Source: Campylobacteraceae bacterium
GTDB taxonomy: Bacteria > Campylobacterota > Campylobacteria > Campylobacterales > Sulfurovaceae
Assembly (NCBI GenBank): GCA_026986085.1
Contig: JALSPE010000111.1
Location: forward strand, 1 to 33,162
Direction of reading: 5' to 3'
DNA length: 33,162 bases
Part shown: piece after piece, positions 1 to 9,318 of the stretch
How positions within the stretch are numbered: position 1 is the first letter of the stretch
Layout: every line of letters starts with the position of its first letter
Notes under the pieces: generated by a model
Database searches by the model: none
Seen by the model: only the letters and a program-made list of their open reading frames with translations
Told to the model about the DNA's origin: nothing
Program-made: the position numbers and the translations under genes

Positions 1-226
1 TATTTGTATCAATTATAGATAATTGCTTACTAGCACCATAATAAGTATTTAAGTATAAAAGTTAAATTTATACGCTAGATAATAAAAGTAATTTCAAACA
101 TACGGATACGAGAATTTATTCGCGTCTATTTGAGATAAAAAGTTAAATTAATCTATTGTCTCGAATAAATTTGAGGGTCCAAAAAGAAGAGCTATAAACT
201 TTACTTTAAAAGCTCTTATTTATTAG
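1..226 (+). repeat. Intergenic repeat family, copy A (R half; truncated by window start)
   Basis: Aligns by hand with 32685-32913 in the same orientation. The core 101-214 vs 32787-32900 is 98/114 identical. Contains hairpin 105-126 (GATACGAGAATTTATTCGCGTC) and hairpin 160-175 (CTCGAATAAATTTGAG). No ORF. Lies directly 3' of the ABC-F gene. Confidence 0.85.
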
Positions 227-265
227 CTAATACAAAAGAAAAATCAAAGAGATATTTTCAAAAAA

Positions 266-2209
266 CTACTCCCCCTCTAGCTCCTCTTGTAACTCTAATA
301 TATCCAAATATCTTTCACTCAATTGCGCATACTCTTCTTCTAGTTTTGCCAATTTAGAGCTTACCTCAACCAAGCCTATTTCGTTATAGCATTCAGGGTT
401 GGCCAAACAGTTATTTAACTCTTCTATTTTTGCCTCTAACTCCTCTATTTTAGGAGGCAGTAACTCTAAATCTCTTTTGTCGTTATAACTGAGTTTTGTC
501 TGTTTTTTTACCTTTTTTGGCTCTATATCTCTACTTTGCCTATTCAGCTCTTTTTCATAAACTTCTAAATCTAGAATCTCTTTTTCTATATCTAGATATT
601 CGCTATAAGTTTGATATGAAATCTCTATATCTCCATTACCCTTAAAGATAAAGAGCTTTTGGGCTAATTTATCTACAAAGTATCTATCATGGCTAACAAA
701 AAGCAAAGCACCCTCAAAACTTAGTAGTTTATCTTCTAAAATATTGATTGTTTGAATATCTAAATCATTTGTTGGTTCATCTAATATTAAACAGTCATAC
801 TTTTTTGTAAATAGAAGAGCTAGAGCCACCCTATTTTTCTCTCCTCCACTAAGTTGAAAAATCTTTTTATCGAGATACTCTTTAGGAAATAGAAAATTCT
901 TTAAATATCCATAAACATGCATATTTTTACCCTCTACTAAAACTCTGTCTCCACCATCTGGGCAAAAAGTTTCTATCAAGGTTGCATCCTCTTTTAGCAT
1001 CTCTCTGTGTTGGTCAAAATAACCAATAGAGAGGTCTCCTTTTTTTATAACCCCGCTATTGGCTTTTAATCTGCCAAGCATAATTTTAAGAAGTGTAGAT
1101 TTACCACTTCCGTTTGGTCCAACTATTGCTATCTTATCTCTTTGTAAAATACGGGTAGTAAACTCTTTTATTAAAAGTTTGTTAGCAATAAAAAAGGTTA
1201 AATTTTCTATATCAAATAGCATCTTCTTCTTTGCAACTATTTTATCGCCACGCCAACTCTTTTTTTCTCTCTCAAGCTCTACTTTCATCTTTCTTATTAG
1301 TGTGGGATTCTTTTGCGCTTGTTCTCTTAACTCAAATACTCTTCTTTTTCTGCCTTGATTTCGTGTTTCTCTAGCTCTTACTCCCTTTGCTAACCACTCT
1401 TCTTCGCGTTTTAAAAATTTAAGTAAATTACTATACTCTTTTTCCAAAGAGTTAATTCTTTGCTCTTTTTGCACTAAATAACTAGCATATCCACCCTTAT
1501 AGTTTACCAATTTAAAATCCTCTACCTCTACTACTCTTGTTGCAATTTTATCTATAAAGTATCTATCATGCGAAATTAGAAGCAGGGTAAAATTCTCTTT
1601 TAATAAAATCTCTTCTAAATACTCTACCATATATACATCAAGGTGGTTGGTTGGTTCATCCAAAATCAGTAAATCTGGCTTTTTTAGTATTAAAGATGCA
1701 AGTGCAACGCGGCGTTGTTCTCCTCCTGAGAGTGTAACTACTAGTCTATTTTCATACTCTTTTAATTTAAACTCTTGCATAGCTCTTTCTATTTTTGAAC
1801 TTAAATCCCAAGCGTTATGTTGGTCTAGATATGTTGCAATCTCCTCTTGTTCTTTTAATATTGCACTGTTATTTGAGTCATTACTCATTAGCAAACTAAG
1901 TTCTTGATACCTCTCTTGGGCTCTTTTTATATCACCTAATTCGCTCTCTATTGCCTCTTTTACAGTTGCACCCTCTTTAAATTTTGGCGTTTGACTTAAC
2001 ATTCCAATTTCGATAGAGCTATCTATTATAATCTTGCCATCATCTGGCTCTTCAATTCCTGTTATTAGCTTTAAAAGAGTAGATTTACCACACCCGTTTT
2101 GTCCAATAATTGCTACTCTTTCACCCTCTTGCAAATGAAATTCCAAAGAGTCAAAAATCTGCTTAACATCATATTTTTTCTTAATATCATACATATCTAC
2201 AAATGCCAT
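266..2209 (-). CDS. ABC-F family ATPase (Uup/YheS-like, two ABC domains plus C-terminal coiled coil)
   Basis: Two Walker A motifs (GQNGCGKST, GPNGSGKST), two signature motifs (LSGGEQ, LSGGEK), no TM domain, Glu/Lys-rich coiled-coil tail. The ORF track starts at TTG 2215. I prefer ATG 2209, which has GAGG 7 nt upstream. Confidence 0.9.
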   Translation of the reverse strand: MAFVDMYDIKKKYDVKQIFDSLEFHLQEGERVAIIGQNGCGKSTLLKLITGIEEPDDGKIIIDSSIEIGMLSQTPKFKEGATVKEAIESELGDIKRAQERYQELSLLMSNDSNNSAILKEQEEIATYLDQHNAWDLSSKIERAMQEFKLKEYENRLVVTLSGGEQRRVALASLILKKPDLLILDEPTNHLDVYMVEYLEEILLKENFTLLLISHDRYFIDKIATRVVEVEDFKLVNYKGGYASYLVQKEQRINSLEKEYSNLLKFLKREEEWLAKGVRARETRNQGRKRRVFELREQAQKNPTLIRKMKVELEREKKSWRGDKIVAKKKMLFDIENLTFFIANKLLIKEFTTRILQRDKIAIVGPNGSGKSTLLKIMLGRLKANSGVIKKGDLSIGYFDQHREMLKEDATLIETFCPDGGDRVLVEGKNMHVYGYLKNFLFPKEYLDKKIFQLSGGEKNRVALALLFTKKYDCLILDEPTNDLDIQTINILEDKLLSFEGALLFVSHDRYFVDKLAQKLFIFKGNGDIEISYQTYSEYLDIEKEILDLEVYEKELNRQSRDIEPKKVKKQTKLSYNDKRDLELLPPKIEELEAKIEELNNCLANPECYNEIGLVEVSSKLAKLEEEYAQLSERYLDILELQEELEGE

Positions 2210-2291
2210 AATCAAACCTCAATAAAAATTATCGATATTTTACCTAAAATTAAGCACATTTTGATATATTCTCAAACAAAAAGGTAATAGA

Positions 2292-3530
2292 ATGTTACAA
2301 ATTTTAATAATAGCTTTTACACTATACACTTTAATCAAAATATATGTTAGCGTTATGCAAATAGGTTACATAAGTGATGCAAAGAGAGAGGATGCAGTGC
2401 TATTGAGTCCTGCAAAATATGTAATTGCAGGAAATTATGCAATAAAAAAAGAGAGAATTACAATAGCTGAGAGTTTTGTAGAGTATTTTCTCTTTCTCTT
2501 TTGGGTATATAAAGGCTTCTCTTGGCTTCAAAATTTAACAGGCTTTAGTGGTATTTGGGCAAATTTACTCTTTATTTTTGGCTATTTGGCAATTAACTTT
2601 ATTGTAACTTTGCCTTTTGATATCTACAAAACATTTAAATTAGATAAATCTTTTCATTTTAGTAAAACAACTCCAAAATTATATTTAATAGATACCCTAA
2701 AATCGATGCTTTTAACAGTAGTTATTGGTGGTATTGTATTTAGCCTAATTATCTATGTTATTGAAAACTTTAGCAATTGGTGGATATGGACATTTATAAT
2801 CTTATTTGGTTTTATAGTTGTTACAAATATGCTATATCCAACAGTAATAGCACCACTGTTTAACAAATTTAAACCAATAGAAGATGAAGAGTTAAAGAGT
2901 GATATAGAGAGAATTATGAAGAGTGTTGGTTTAGATAGTGATGGAATATTTAGCATTGATGCAAGTAAGAGAGATAGCCGTTTAAATGCCTATTTTGGTG
3001 GGCTTGGCAAGAGTAAAAGAGTGGTCCTTTTTGATACTTTGCTAGAGAAGTTAAACAAAGATGAGATTATAGCAATTTTAGGGCATGAGTTAGGACACTA
3101 CAGCCATAAAGATATCTTTAAAAATATAGCAACAATTGGTATATTTTTATTTGTAGTATTAGCTATTATTGGAAACTTGCCAACAGAGCTTTTTACACAA
3201 ATGGGAGTTGTAGCAACTTCTGGTGCAAAAGTGGCACTTATTATGCTTTTAATGCCAATATTTAGCTTTGTGTATATGCCTATAATGGGGCTAATTAGCC
3301 GACATAATGAGTATGAAGCAGATAAATTTGGTGCAAAGATAGGTGGTAAAAATTATCTTATAAGTGCGCTGCTAAAGTTGGTAAATGAAAATAAGGCATT
3401 TCCAAAATCGCATCCAACATATATATTTTTCTACTACACTCACCCACCAGTAATAGAGAGACTTAAAGCATTAGGATATGATGATACGCAAAAAAATGAC
3501 GATAGTGTTATTTTAGGCTTTTTAAAGTAA
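2292..3530 (+). CDS. M48 family zinc metallopeptidase (Ste24/HtpX-like, multi-pass membrane)
   Basis: HELGH zinc motif followed by NEYEAD, several N-terminal hydrophobic helices, ~410 aa Ste24-type architecture. Confidence 0.85.
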   Translation: MLQILIIAFTLYTLIKIYVSVMQIGYISDAKREDAVLLSPAKYVIAGNYAIKKERITIAESFVEYFLFLFWVYKGFSWLQNLTGFSGIWANLLFIFGYLAINFIVTLPFDIYKTFKLDKSFHFSKTTPKLYLIDTLKSMLLTVVIGGIVFSLIIYVIENFSNWWIWTFIILFGFIVVTNMLYPTVIAPLFNKFKPIEDEELKSDIERIMKSVGLDSDGIFSIDASKRDSRLNAYFGGLGKSKRVVLFDTLLEKLNKDEIIAILGHELGHYSHKDIFKNIATIGIFLFVVLAIIGNLPTELFTQMGVVATSGAKVALIMLLMPIFSFVYMPIMGLISRHNEYEADKFGAKIGGKNYLISALLKLVNENKAFPKSHPTYIFFYYTHPPVIERLKALGYDDTQKNDDSVILGFLK

Positions 3531-4339
3531 TGTTAATAACAAAAGCCCTGCTTTGGGGGCAAAAAGAGTTAAAAGATATAGTTGAGCGCCCAAGATTAGA
3601 GGTTGAGATACTACTATCTTTTATGCTAAATTGTCGTCGCGAAGATTTAATATTAAAACAGATTGAAGATATCGATTTTGATATATTTAAAGAGTTAATT
3701 AATAGACGAAAAAATCTTGAGCCAATAGAGTATATTACCAATAGCGTAAGTTTTTATAAGTATAATTTTTTTATAAACAAAGGTGCTTTGATACCTCGCC
3801 CAGAGAGTGAAATATTGGTAGAGAAGGCAATTGGATTAATAAAAAAGCACAATATCAAAAGTGTAGCAGAGATAGGTGTAGGAAGTGGAGTTTTAAGCAT
3901 ATCTATTGCTAAAGAGTGTGATGTTGAAATAGAGGCTAGTGATATATCCAAAGAGGCGATAGAGGTTGCCAAAAAAAATATAGAAAAATTTAAATTAGAA
4001 GATAAAATAGTTATAAAAAATTGCTCAATGCTTGATTGCTTAGATACTCCAGAGCTTTTAATTAGCAATCCTCCATATATTGACCCAGAGTTTAAATTAG
4101 AAAAAAATATTTTAGATTACGAACCCCATTGCGCACTATTTGCACCAAAGGGTGGTGTTGAGATTTTACATAATATTTTAGATATTATTAAAGAAAAGAG
4201 AATAAAATACGCTGTATGCGAAATGGGGTATGACCAAAGAGAGTCTATTAAAGAGTATATTTTAAAAATTAATTTAGATAGAGAGATTAGTTTTTATAAA
4301 GATATATCAGGGCATGATAGAGGTTTTGTGTTACATTAG
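3530..4339 (+). CDS. prmC: Peptide chain release factor N5-glutamine methyltransferase
   Basis: NPPY catalytic motif (ISNPPYI), SAM-binding EIGVGSG motif, HemK-type N-terminal helical domain. Its ATG overlaps the stop of the upstream gene. Confidence 0.88.
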   Translation: MLITKALLWGQKELKDIVERPRLEVEILLSFMLNCRREDLILKQIEDIDFDIFKELINRRKNLEPIEYITNSVSFYKYNFFINKGALIPRPESEILVEKAIGLIKKHNIKSVAEIGVGSGVLSISIAKECDVEIEASDISKEAIEVAKKNIEKFKLEDKIVIKNCSMLDCLDTPELLISNPPYIDPEFKLEKNILDYEPHCALFAPKGGVEILHNILDIIKEKRIKYAVCEMGYDQRESIKEYILKINLDREISFYKDISGHDRGFVLH

Positions 4340-4373
4340 ACCTCTTTAATATTAAACAAAAAGGATTTACACA

Positions 4374-4850
4374 ATGAAAACAAATAGATATTTTACAATA
4401 GTTTATCTTCTAATTTTAGGTGTAGTTTTAGGGGCTACAATTTATGCTGGGGCTGTTGTGGCACCTGTTACTTTTCACTCTGAAAAGTGGCTTGGAGAGG
4501 AGCTTTTAAGTCGCTTTCAAGAGGGTCTTATAATGAGTGAAAACTTTATTCGCTTAGGCTACTTTATAATGCTTGGGGTTTTAGCAATTGTGTTTTATGA
4601 GGGGTATCAGTATAAAAGATTTAATAGAGATTTAGTTAAGACTCTATGTGCTCTTGGTGCTATTGGTTCGGCGATGCTATTTAAATACTTTTATATGAGC
4701 TCCATTATAGATATGCAAAAGCAAGGCGAAAAGGTAGTTCAAAGTCATATATTTGAAAATATGCACAAAGGTAGTGAAATTGCTTTAACACTATTTATGA
4801 TTTTTATAATTGTGCTATTTGTTAAAACTCTTATAAAGGAGCTTAAATAG
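4374..4850 (+). CDS. Small integral membrane protein (DUF4149/TMEM205-like)
   Basis: 158 aa with four predicted hydrophobic helices. The AVVAP..F motif after the first helix is typical of DUF4149 proteins. SD-like AAAGGA lies upstream. Confidence 0.55.
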   Translation: MKTNRYFTIVYLLILGVVLGATIYAGAVVAPVTFHSEKWLGEELLSRFQEGLIMSENFIRLGYFIMLGVLAIVFYEGYQYKRFNRDLVKTLCALGAIGSAMLFKYFYMSSIIDMQKQGEKVVQSHIFENMHKGSEIALTLFMIFIIVLFVKTLIKELK

Positions 4851-5332
4851 TGGTAAAACACCCATTTGGGCCAATTATTTTTAAAGATAGCAAGATATTG
4901 ATTTTGGGCTCTTTTCCTAGTTTAAAGTCGTTTGAGAATAGCTTTTACTATGCACATCCAAAAAACCAATTTTGGAAAATATTAGCTGAAATTAGTGCTT
5001 ATCCTGTAAATAACAGAGATCAAAAGATATGGCTTTTAAAAGAGTTAAAAATAGCTCTTTGGGATATAGTAGCAAGTTGCAATAGAGAGAATTCAAGCGA
5101 TAGTAATCTAAAAGATATTGTGCCAAATGATATAGAGAGACTTTTGCAAGATTATCCATCTATAAAAACTATTGCATTTACTAGCAAATTGGCACAAAAG
5201 GTTTACAATAAGCACTTTAAAGAGTTAAATATAGAGACAATATATCTACCTTCTCCATCTCCAGCTTATGCGGCTATGAGTTTGGAAGAGAAGGTAGTAA
5301 AATATAGAGAGCTTTTAGGGGATATTTTATGA
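4850..5332 (+). CDS. Uracil-DNA glycosylase superfamily protein, likely DNA-deoxyinosine (hypoxanthine) glycosylase
   Basis: 160 aa with an N-terminal ILILGSFPS motif and size typical of the UDG family 6-like group. GTG start overlaps the upstream stop (taGTG), with AAGGAG 10 nt upstream. Confidence 0.6.
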   Translation: MVKHPFGPIIFKDSKILILGSFPSLKSFENSFYYAHPKNQFWKILAEISAYPVNNRDQKIWLLKELKIALWDIVASCNRENSSDSNLKDIVPNDIERLLQDYPSIKTIAFTSKLAQKVYNKHFKELNIETIYLPSPSPAYAAMSLEEKVVKYRELLGDIL

Positions 5333-6147
5333 CTTGGGCAATAGGCGATATACAAGGCTGTTTTGATAACTTTCAAAACCTTTTAACCAAGATAAACTTT
5401 GACCCAAATAGAGACAGGTTATGGCTTGTGGGTGATTTAGTAAATAGAGGCAACAAATCTTTAGAGGTTTTAGAGTATGTTTATGAGCATAGAGAGTCAA
5501 TAGATATAGTGCTTGGAAATCATGATATTAGTTTAATTGCTGCATATTTTGGATTAAAAAAGAGTAATCCAACTATAGAGCCAATTTTAAATTCTGCTAA
5601 GGCTGAGAGTTTGATAAATTGGCTTAGAAGTCAGCCATTTTTACATATTGATTACAATTTGGGTTATGCAATGGCTCATGCTGGAATTGCTCCAAATTTT
5701 CAATTAGGAGCTGCAAAGCACTATAATGATATTTTACAACAAAGATTAAACTCAAAAGAGGTAAAAGAGTGGTTAAAAATTATGCTTAGCAAAGAGACAG
5801 ATCATTTTGAGCCACATGGGCAAAATAGTGATATAGAGAGATATGCACTAAATAGCTTTATTAGAATGAGATATTGCTATAAAAATGGGTATTTAGATTT
5901 TAAACAAAAAGGCTCTCCTTATACTCTAAAAAGAGATGATTTATACCCTTGGTTTGATTGCCCTATAAAAGAGAAGAAAGAGTTAAAAATAGTTTTTGGT
6001 CACTGGTCCACTCTTGGGTTTTTAGATAGAGATGATATATTAGCATTAGATACGGGCTGTCTATGGGGTAGAGAATTGAGTGCTTATAATTTAGAAAGTA
6101 GAGAAAGAGTTTTTGTTAAATGTAAAGGGATAGATATTATAAAATAA
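5329..6147 (+). CDS. apaH: Bis(5'-nucleosyl)-tetraphosphatase, symmetrical
   Basis: Calcineurin-like metallophosphatase motifs GDIQGC, GDLVNRG, GNHD and GH..; ~270 aa ApaH architecture. 4-nt ATGA overlap with the upstream gene. Confidence 0.88.
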   Translation: MTWAIGDIQGCFDNFQNLLTKINFDPNRDRLWLVGDLVNRGNKSLEVLEYVYEHRESIDIVLGNHDISLIAAYFGLKKSNPTIEPILNSAKAESLINWLRSQPFLHIDYNLGYAMAHAGIAPNFQLGAAKHYNDILQQRLNSKEVKEWLKIMLSKETDHFEPHGQNSDIERYALNSFIRMRYCYKNGYLDFKQKGSPYTLKRDDLYPWFDCPIKEKKELKIVFGHWSTLGFLDRDDILALDTGCLWGRELSAYNLESRERVFVKCKGIDIIK

Positions 6148-6171
6148 CTTTTGCACTTAAATCATCTATAT

Positions 6172-6560
6172 AAGTTAGAGTTTTAAAAGTAAAGTATATT
6201 ACTCTTCTTTTTGGACACTCGAATTTATTCCTACCAATAAGCTTGAAATTAACTTTTTTGTTTAAATAGACGCTAATGAATTCGCCTGTCCATATTATTT
6301 GAAATTTGTTTTGTTACTTAGCATATAAATTTAACTTTACACTTAAAATATTATTTTATGATGCTAGTAAGCTACTATCTATATTTAATACAAAAATTAT
6401 CATGGCTCTTGACATTGTATATTTAAATTTTTAAATAATCTATTTATGGGATTTTAAAAAGTGAATAGTTTTTGTCAAGATATATGACAATTTTACATCA
6501 GATGCCACAATAGCACTGTTTAGTTTAAAATTTTAGTTAAAACTAGGTGTGAAAGTTAAG
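6172..6560 (-). repeat. Intergenic repeat family, copy B (full R+L, reverse orientation, most diverged)
   Basis: The reverse complement aligns with 32551-32913. The R half (6172-6395) directly follows the apaH stop. The L half (6395-6560) contains TTGACA 6409-6414 and the palindrome TTGTCA-N7-TGACAA 6472-6490. Both hairpins are partly degraded here (6269-6290, 6216-6235). Confidence 0.85.
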
Positions 6561-6595
6561 ATTATAAAATAGTAGAGTTTTTGCAAAAACTTGCA

Positions 6596-6619
6596 AAAGA
6601 GAGTTTTAAAACTCTCTTT
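6596..6619 (-). terminator. Rho-independent terminator candidate for slyD
   Basis: 10-bp stem AAAGAGAGTT/AACTCTCTTT with a TTAA loop, 9 nt past the slyD stop. On the minus strand it is followed by TGCAAGTTTTT. A further 14-nt palindrome GTTTTTGCAAAAAC lies at 6577-6590. Confidence 0.6.
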
Positions 6620-6627
6620 AAATAAAG

Positions 6628-7134
6628 TTAGTGGCTACAACCACAACTTCCACCTTCGCATCCACCGTTATCTACTTGACCTGTAGCTGCTTCTTGCTCA
6701 GTTGCATCTCTTTCGCTAACAACTGTTACATTAAACATTAAATCTTTTCCAGCTAATGGGTGATTGAAATCTACTTTTACTGTATCGTCATTAAAATCTA
6801 CAACAGTAACTTGAACAGTTTCACCATTTTGACCTTGACCATATAGAGACATTCCCTTCTCTAAATCAATACCTTCAAATTGATCTCTTGGTATCTCTTG
6901 AATTGCCTCTTCATCTTTTAATCCATACGCTTCTTCAGCTTTTACTAAAATATCTGCACTCTCTCCAGCACTCATACCTACTAATTGCTTCTCTAAACCA
7001 GGAATTAATTGACCTTTTCCAATAATAAACTCTAAAGGTGCTGAACCTTTGTTGCTATCTAAAACTTCACTTCCACCAGCCTCTTTTAACTCATACTCTA
7101 TAGCTACTACGCTATTTTCTTCTTTAATTGCCAT
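6628..7134 (-). CDS. slyD: FKBP-type peptidyl-prolyl cis-trans isomerase SlyD
   Basis: FKBP plus IF-insert pattern (PLEFIIGKGQLIPGLEKQLVGM..GE, NHPLAGK) and a short Cys/His-rich C-terminal tail (GGCEGGSCGCSH). Same position as slyD in the C. jejuni tol cluster. Confidence 0.9.
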   Translation of the reverse strand: MAIKEENSVVAIEYELKEAGGSEVLDSNKGSAPLEFIIGKGQLIPGLEKQLVGMSAGESADILVKAEEAYGLKDEEAIQEIPRDQFEGIDLEKGMSLYGQGQNGETVQVTVVDFNDDTVKVDFNHPLAGKDLMFNVTVVSERDATEQEAATGQVDNGGCEGGSCGCSH

Positions 7135-7198
7135 TGTAATCCTTTTAAAAATATTTACCGATTTTAACTAATTACACTTTATCATAGCTTATAAAGTG

Positions 7199-7948
7199 TT
7201 ATTTAAGATATTTTTTTGCCTCTTTTGCAGAGTTGGTATTGGGATAGCCATCTATTACAGCTTTTAAAAATACCTTTGCATCCGATACTTTTCCCTTTTT
7301 CTTTAACGATATAGCAGTATGCAGTAGCAATTTATCCATATAACTTGCATTCTCATTTAAAGATGCACTCTTTTGATAGTAACTAATTGCCTCTTTATAT
7401 CTACCTTTTTTATATGCAATTTCACCTAGATAGAAGTTTGTAGATGCTTTTTTATACCCTTTTTTAAGTAGTTTTTTAAATATATCTTGAGCAGAAGAGA
7501 GCTTAGATTTTGTAAAATTAAGCACCGCGTTTTTATATAACTCTTTAGATGTCATTTTTTTAGCAGTAGTTCCACTAGATACTGGAGCTTGAGTCTCTAC
7601 AGGAGTAATTGGTGCAGTAGCAGCCTCTTTTACTACCTCTTTTGGTCTAGATTCAAGCGCTGCAACTCTTTGTGATAGTTGGTTTATTATTTTAGTTAAA
7701 TTATCACTTGCATTAGCTTTTAGTCTTAATTGCTCTATTTGGTTATTTTGTCCGTTAATAATAGTTTTAAGACCTTCAATACTCTCTTTTAATTGTGAAA
7801 TCTTTTGTTTTAATATAAATATCTCTCTACTATTCTTTTTTGCTACAACTTCTGGGTCGATAAAGTCTGTATCAGAATATACTGACTGCTCTGCATTAAC
7901 AACAGTTACTAAAATTACAATTAAAAAAATATTTTTAACTATGCTCAT
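7199..7948 (-). CDS. Tol-Pal system periplasmic TPR protein (YbgF/CpoB-like)
   Basis: Signal peptide, coiled-coil region (QLKESIEGLK..QIEQLRLK), C-terminal TPR-like repeats (YLGEIAYKKGRYKEAISYYQK). Follows tolB. I prefer ATG 7948 (AGGAG 5 nt upstream) over the track's TTG at 7963. Confidence 0.65.
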   Translation of the reverse strand: MSIVKNIFLIVILVTVVNAEQSVYSDTDFIDPEVVAKKNSREIFILKQKISQLKESIEGLKTIINGQNNQIEQLRLKANASDNLTKIINQLSQRVAALESRPKEVVKEAATAPITPVETQAPVSSGTTAKKMTSKELYKNAVLNFTKSKLSSAQDIFKKLLKKGYKKASTNFYLGEIAYKKGRYKEAISYYQKSASLNENASYMDKLLLHTAISLKKKGKVSDAKVFLKAVIDGYPNTNSAKEAKKYLK

Positions 7949-7956
7949 ACTATCTC

Positions 7957-9198
7957 CTACCAATCAATTGATTGAATTCTATTTATACCCATCTTAAAAA
8001 GCTCACTTCTATTGGCGCTTAAATTTAAAAAGCCTATAGAGTTACCACCACTTGTTCTTTTTATATACATTACAATATTACCATCTTGACTAAATCTAGG
8101 GAATTGATTTACTCCTCCACTTGTTAATGGTCTTGTTTGCATTCCATTTGTATCTGTTAAATATATATTAAAACTCTTTCTACCCTCTTTACTTGAGTAA
8201 ACTAACTCTTTGTCGTGTGCATCAACAGATGAGTTATTTGTCCCATGAAATACTACTTTAGATACATCTCCTCTTGTTAGTGGCATTTTAAATATATTTG
8301 GACTACCTAGCCTATTGGATACAAAAACTACACTACTCTCGCCATCTGCAAATTTACCACCAACATCTATACCACTAAATTTAGTTAATCTTTTTGCACT
8401 TCCACCACTAAAAAGATATATATCTGGTTGTGAGTTTGGTGCCATTGTAAGTAGAAGTTTTGAGCCATCACTACTAACATCTGAACATATCAACATACCT
8501 TGAGATTTAGTAATAAGACTCTTTTTCCAAGTATATATATTTAATTTATATAGATTTAAAACATCTCCTGCATAGTTACTGTAGTATAGAGATTTTTGCT
8601 CTTTATCTGCCCAAATAGGAAACATATTAAAACCATTCTTAACTATAACTTTTTGATATGTGAATGTATAATCTGCAAGTAGTATTTCTGTCTTTTTAGC
8701 TCCTGTATATCTTGAAATTACAACATATCTATTCATCCAATTAACAGGTGGGTATTTTTTTAAATCATTAATTTCACTAACAGCTTTATGGATTAAAAAT
8801 GGAGTTTTCTCTAATCTTGAAACATTATAATTTTTTCTAAATATAATTTTTTTAGGCGACCCTTCATAGAGTTTAATATCTAAACTTGCCCCATTTGTAT
8901 TGGTTTTTGAAAAGTTATAGAGTAGAGTTAATTTTGTTTTTGTATTTAAAGCAATAGGTAGTGTTGAGTAACTTATATTTGTTAGGTTATTATCTTTAAC
9001 CAAAAAGTGTCCTGTAATTGAAAAGTCTGATTTAAATAATCTATTTAACTCTTTTTTAAACTTTGGTGATACACTAGATGCTCCAACAATAGTTATAGAT
9101 TCACCCTGATCTACATTTTTATCAATTTTTATTACAGCATCAGGAGTTTTTGCAAAGAGTGCATATATAAATATAGATAAAAAGAGTAAATATTTCAT
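7957..9198 (-). CDS. tolB: Tol-Pal system beta-propeller protein TolB
   Basis: Signal peptide. The C-terminal half has repeated WD-like/PD40 blades (SSDGSKL, SQPDIYL, FADGESSVVFVSNR, SQDGNIVMY). Position after exbB-exbD-tonB-like genes matches Campylobacter. Confidence 0.85.
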   Translation of the reverse strand: MKYLLFLSIFIYALFAKTPDAVIKIDKNVDQGESITIVGASSVSPKFKKELNRLFKSDFSITGHFLVKDNNLTNISYSTLPIALNTKTKLTLLYNFSKTNTNGASLDIKLYEGSPKKIIFRKNYNVSRLEKTPFLIHKAVSEINDLKKYPPVNWMNRYVVISRYTGAKKTEILLADYTFTYQKVIVKNGFNMFPIWADKEQKSLYYSNYAGDVLNLYKLNIYTWKKSLITKSQGMLICSDVSSDGSKLLLTMAPNSQPDIYLFSGGSAKRLTKFSGIDVGGKFADGESSVVFVSNRLGSPNIFKMPLTRGDVSKVVFHGTNNSSVDAHDKELVYSSKEGRKSFNIYLTDTNGMQTRPLTSGGVNQFPRFSQDGNIVMYIKRTSGGNSIGFLNLSANRSELFKMGINRIQSIDW

Positions 9199-9318
9199 AT
9201 TGTGCCTTTTAATTTTTTTTATTGTAACAAAAAAAGAGTAAATATTATATTAAATAGTATTATTATAATATAATTTAAGCAATTATAGAAAAAAATCGCA
9301 GATAAAATGTGTAATAAT

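Noticed and set aside
1059-1907. Plus-strand ORFs 1059-1358 and 1647-1907. The same class includes 2099-2287, 2753-2956, 3508-3741, 3754-4068, 8315-8503, 9736-9918, 12537-12749, 13346-13594, 15098-15319, 18524-18847, 18914-19150, 20414-20602, 22225-22572, 23233-23421, 23775-23957, 24433-24761, 25995-26177, 28904-29107, 30025-30249 and 31731-32060.
   Set aside because: All lie antisense to, or overlap, strongly supported conserved genes. Their translations are low-complexity Ser/Leu/Phe/Ile-rich, as expected for shadow frames in AT-rich DNA, and they have no SD or recognisable motifs.
6148-6627. Hidden tRNA, tmRNA, SRP, 6S or RNase P RNA in the large intergenic regions (also 1-265, 28673-28876, 32397-33035).
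   Set aside because: I could not find cloverleaf arms, T-loop GTTCRANNC, or conserved SRP or RNase P motifs. The regions are accounted for by the repeat family and AT-rich promoter DNA. A covariance-model scan would be needed to exclude them fully.
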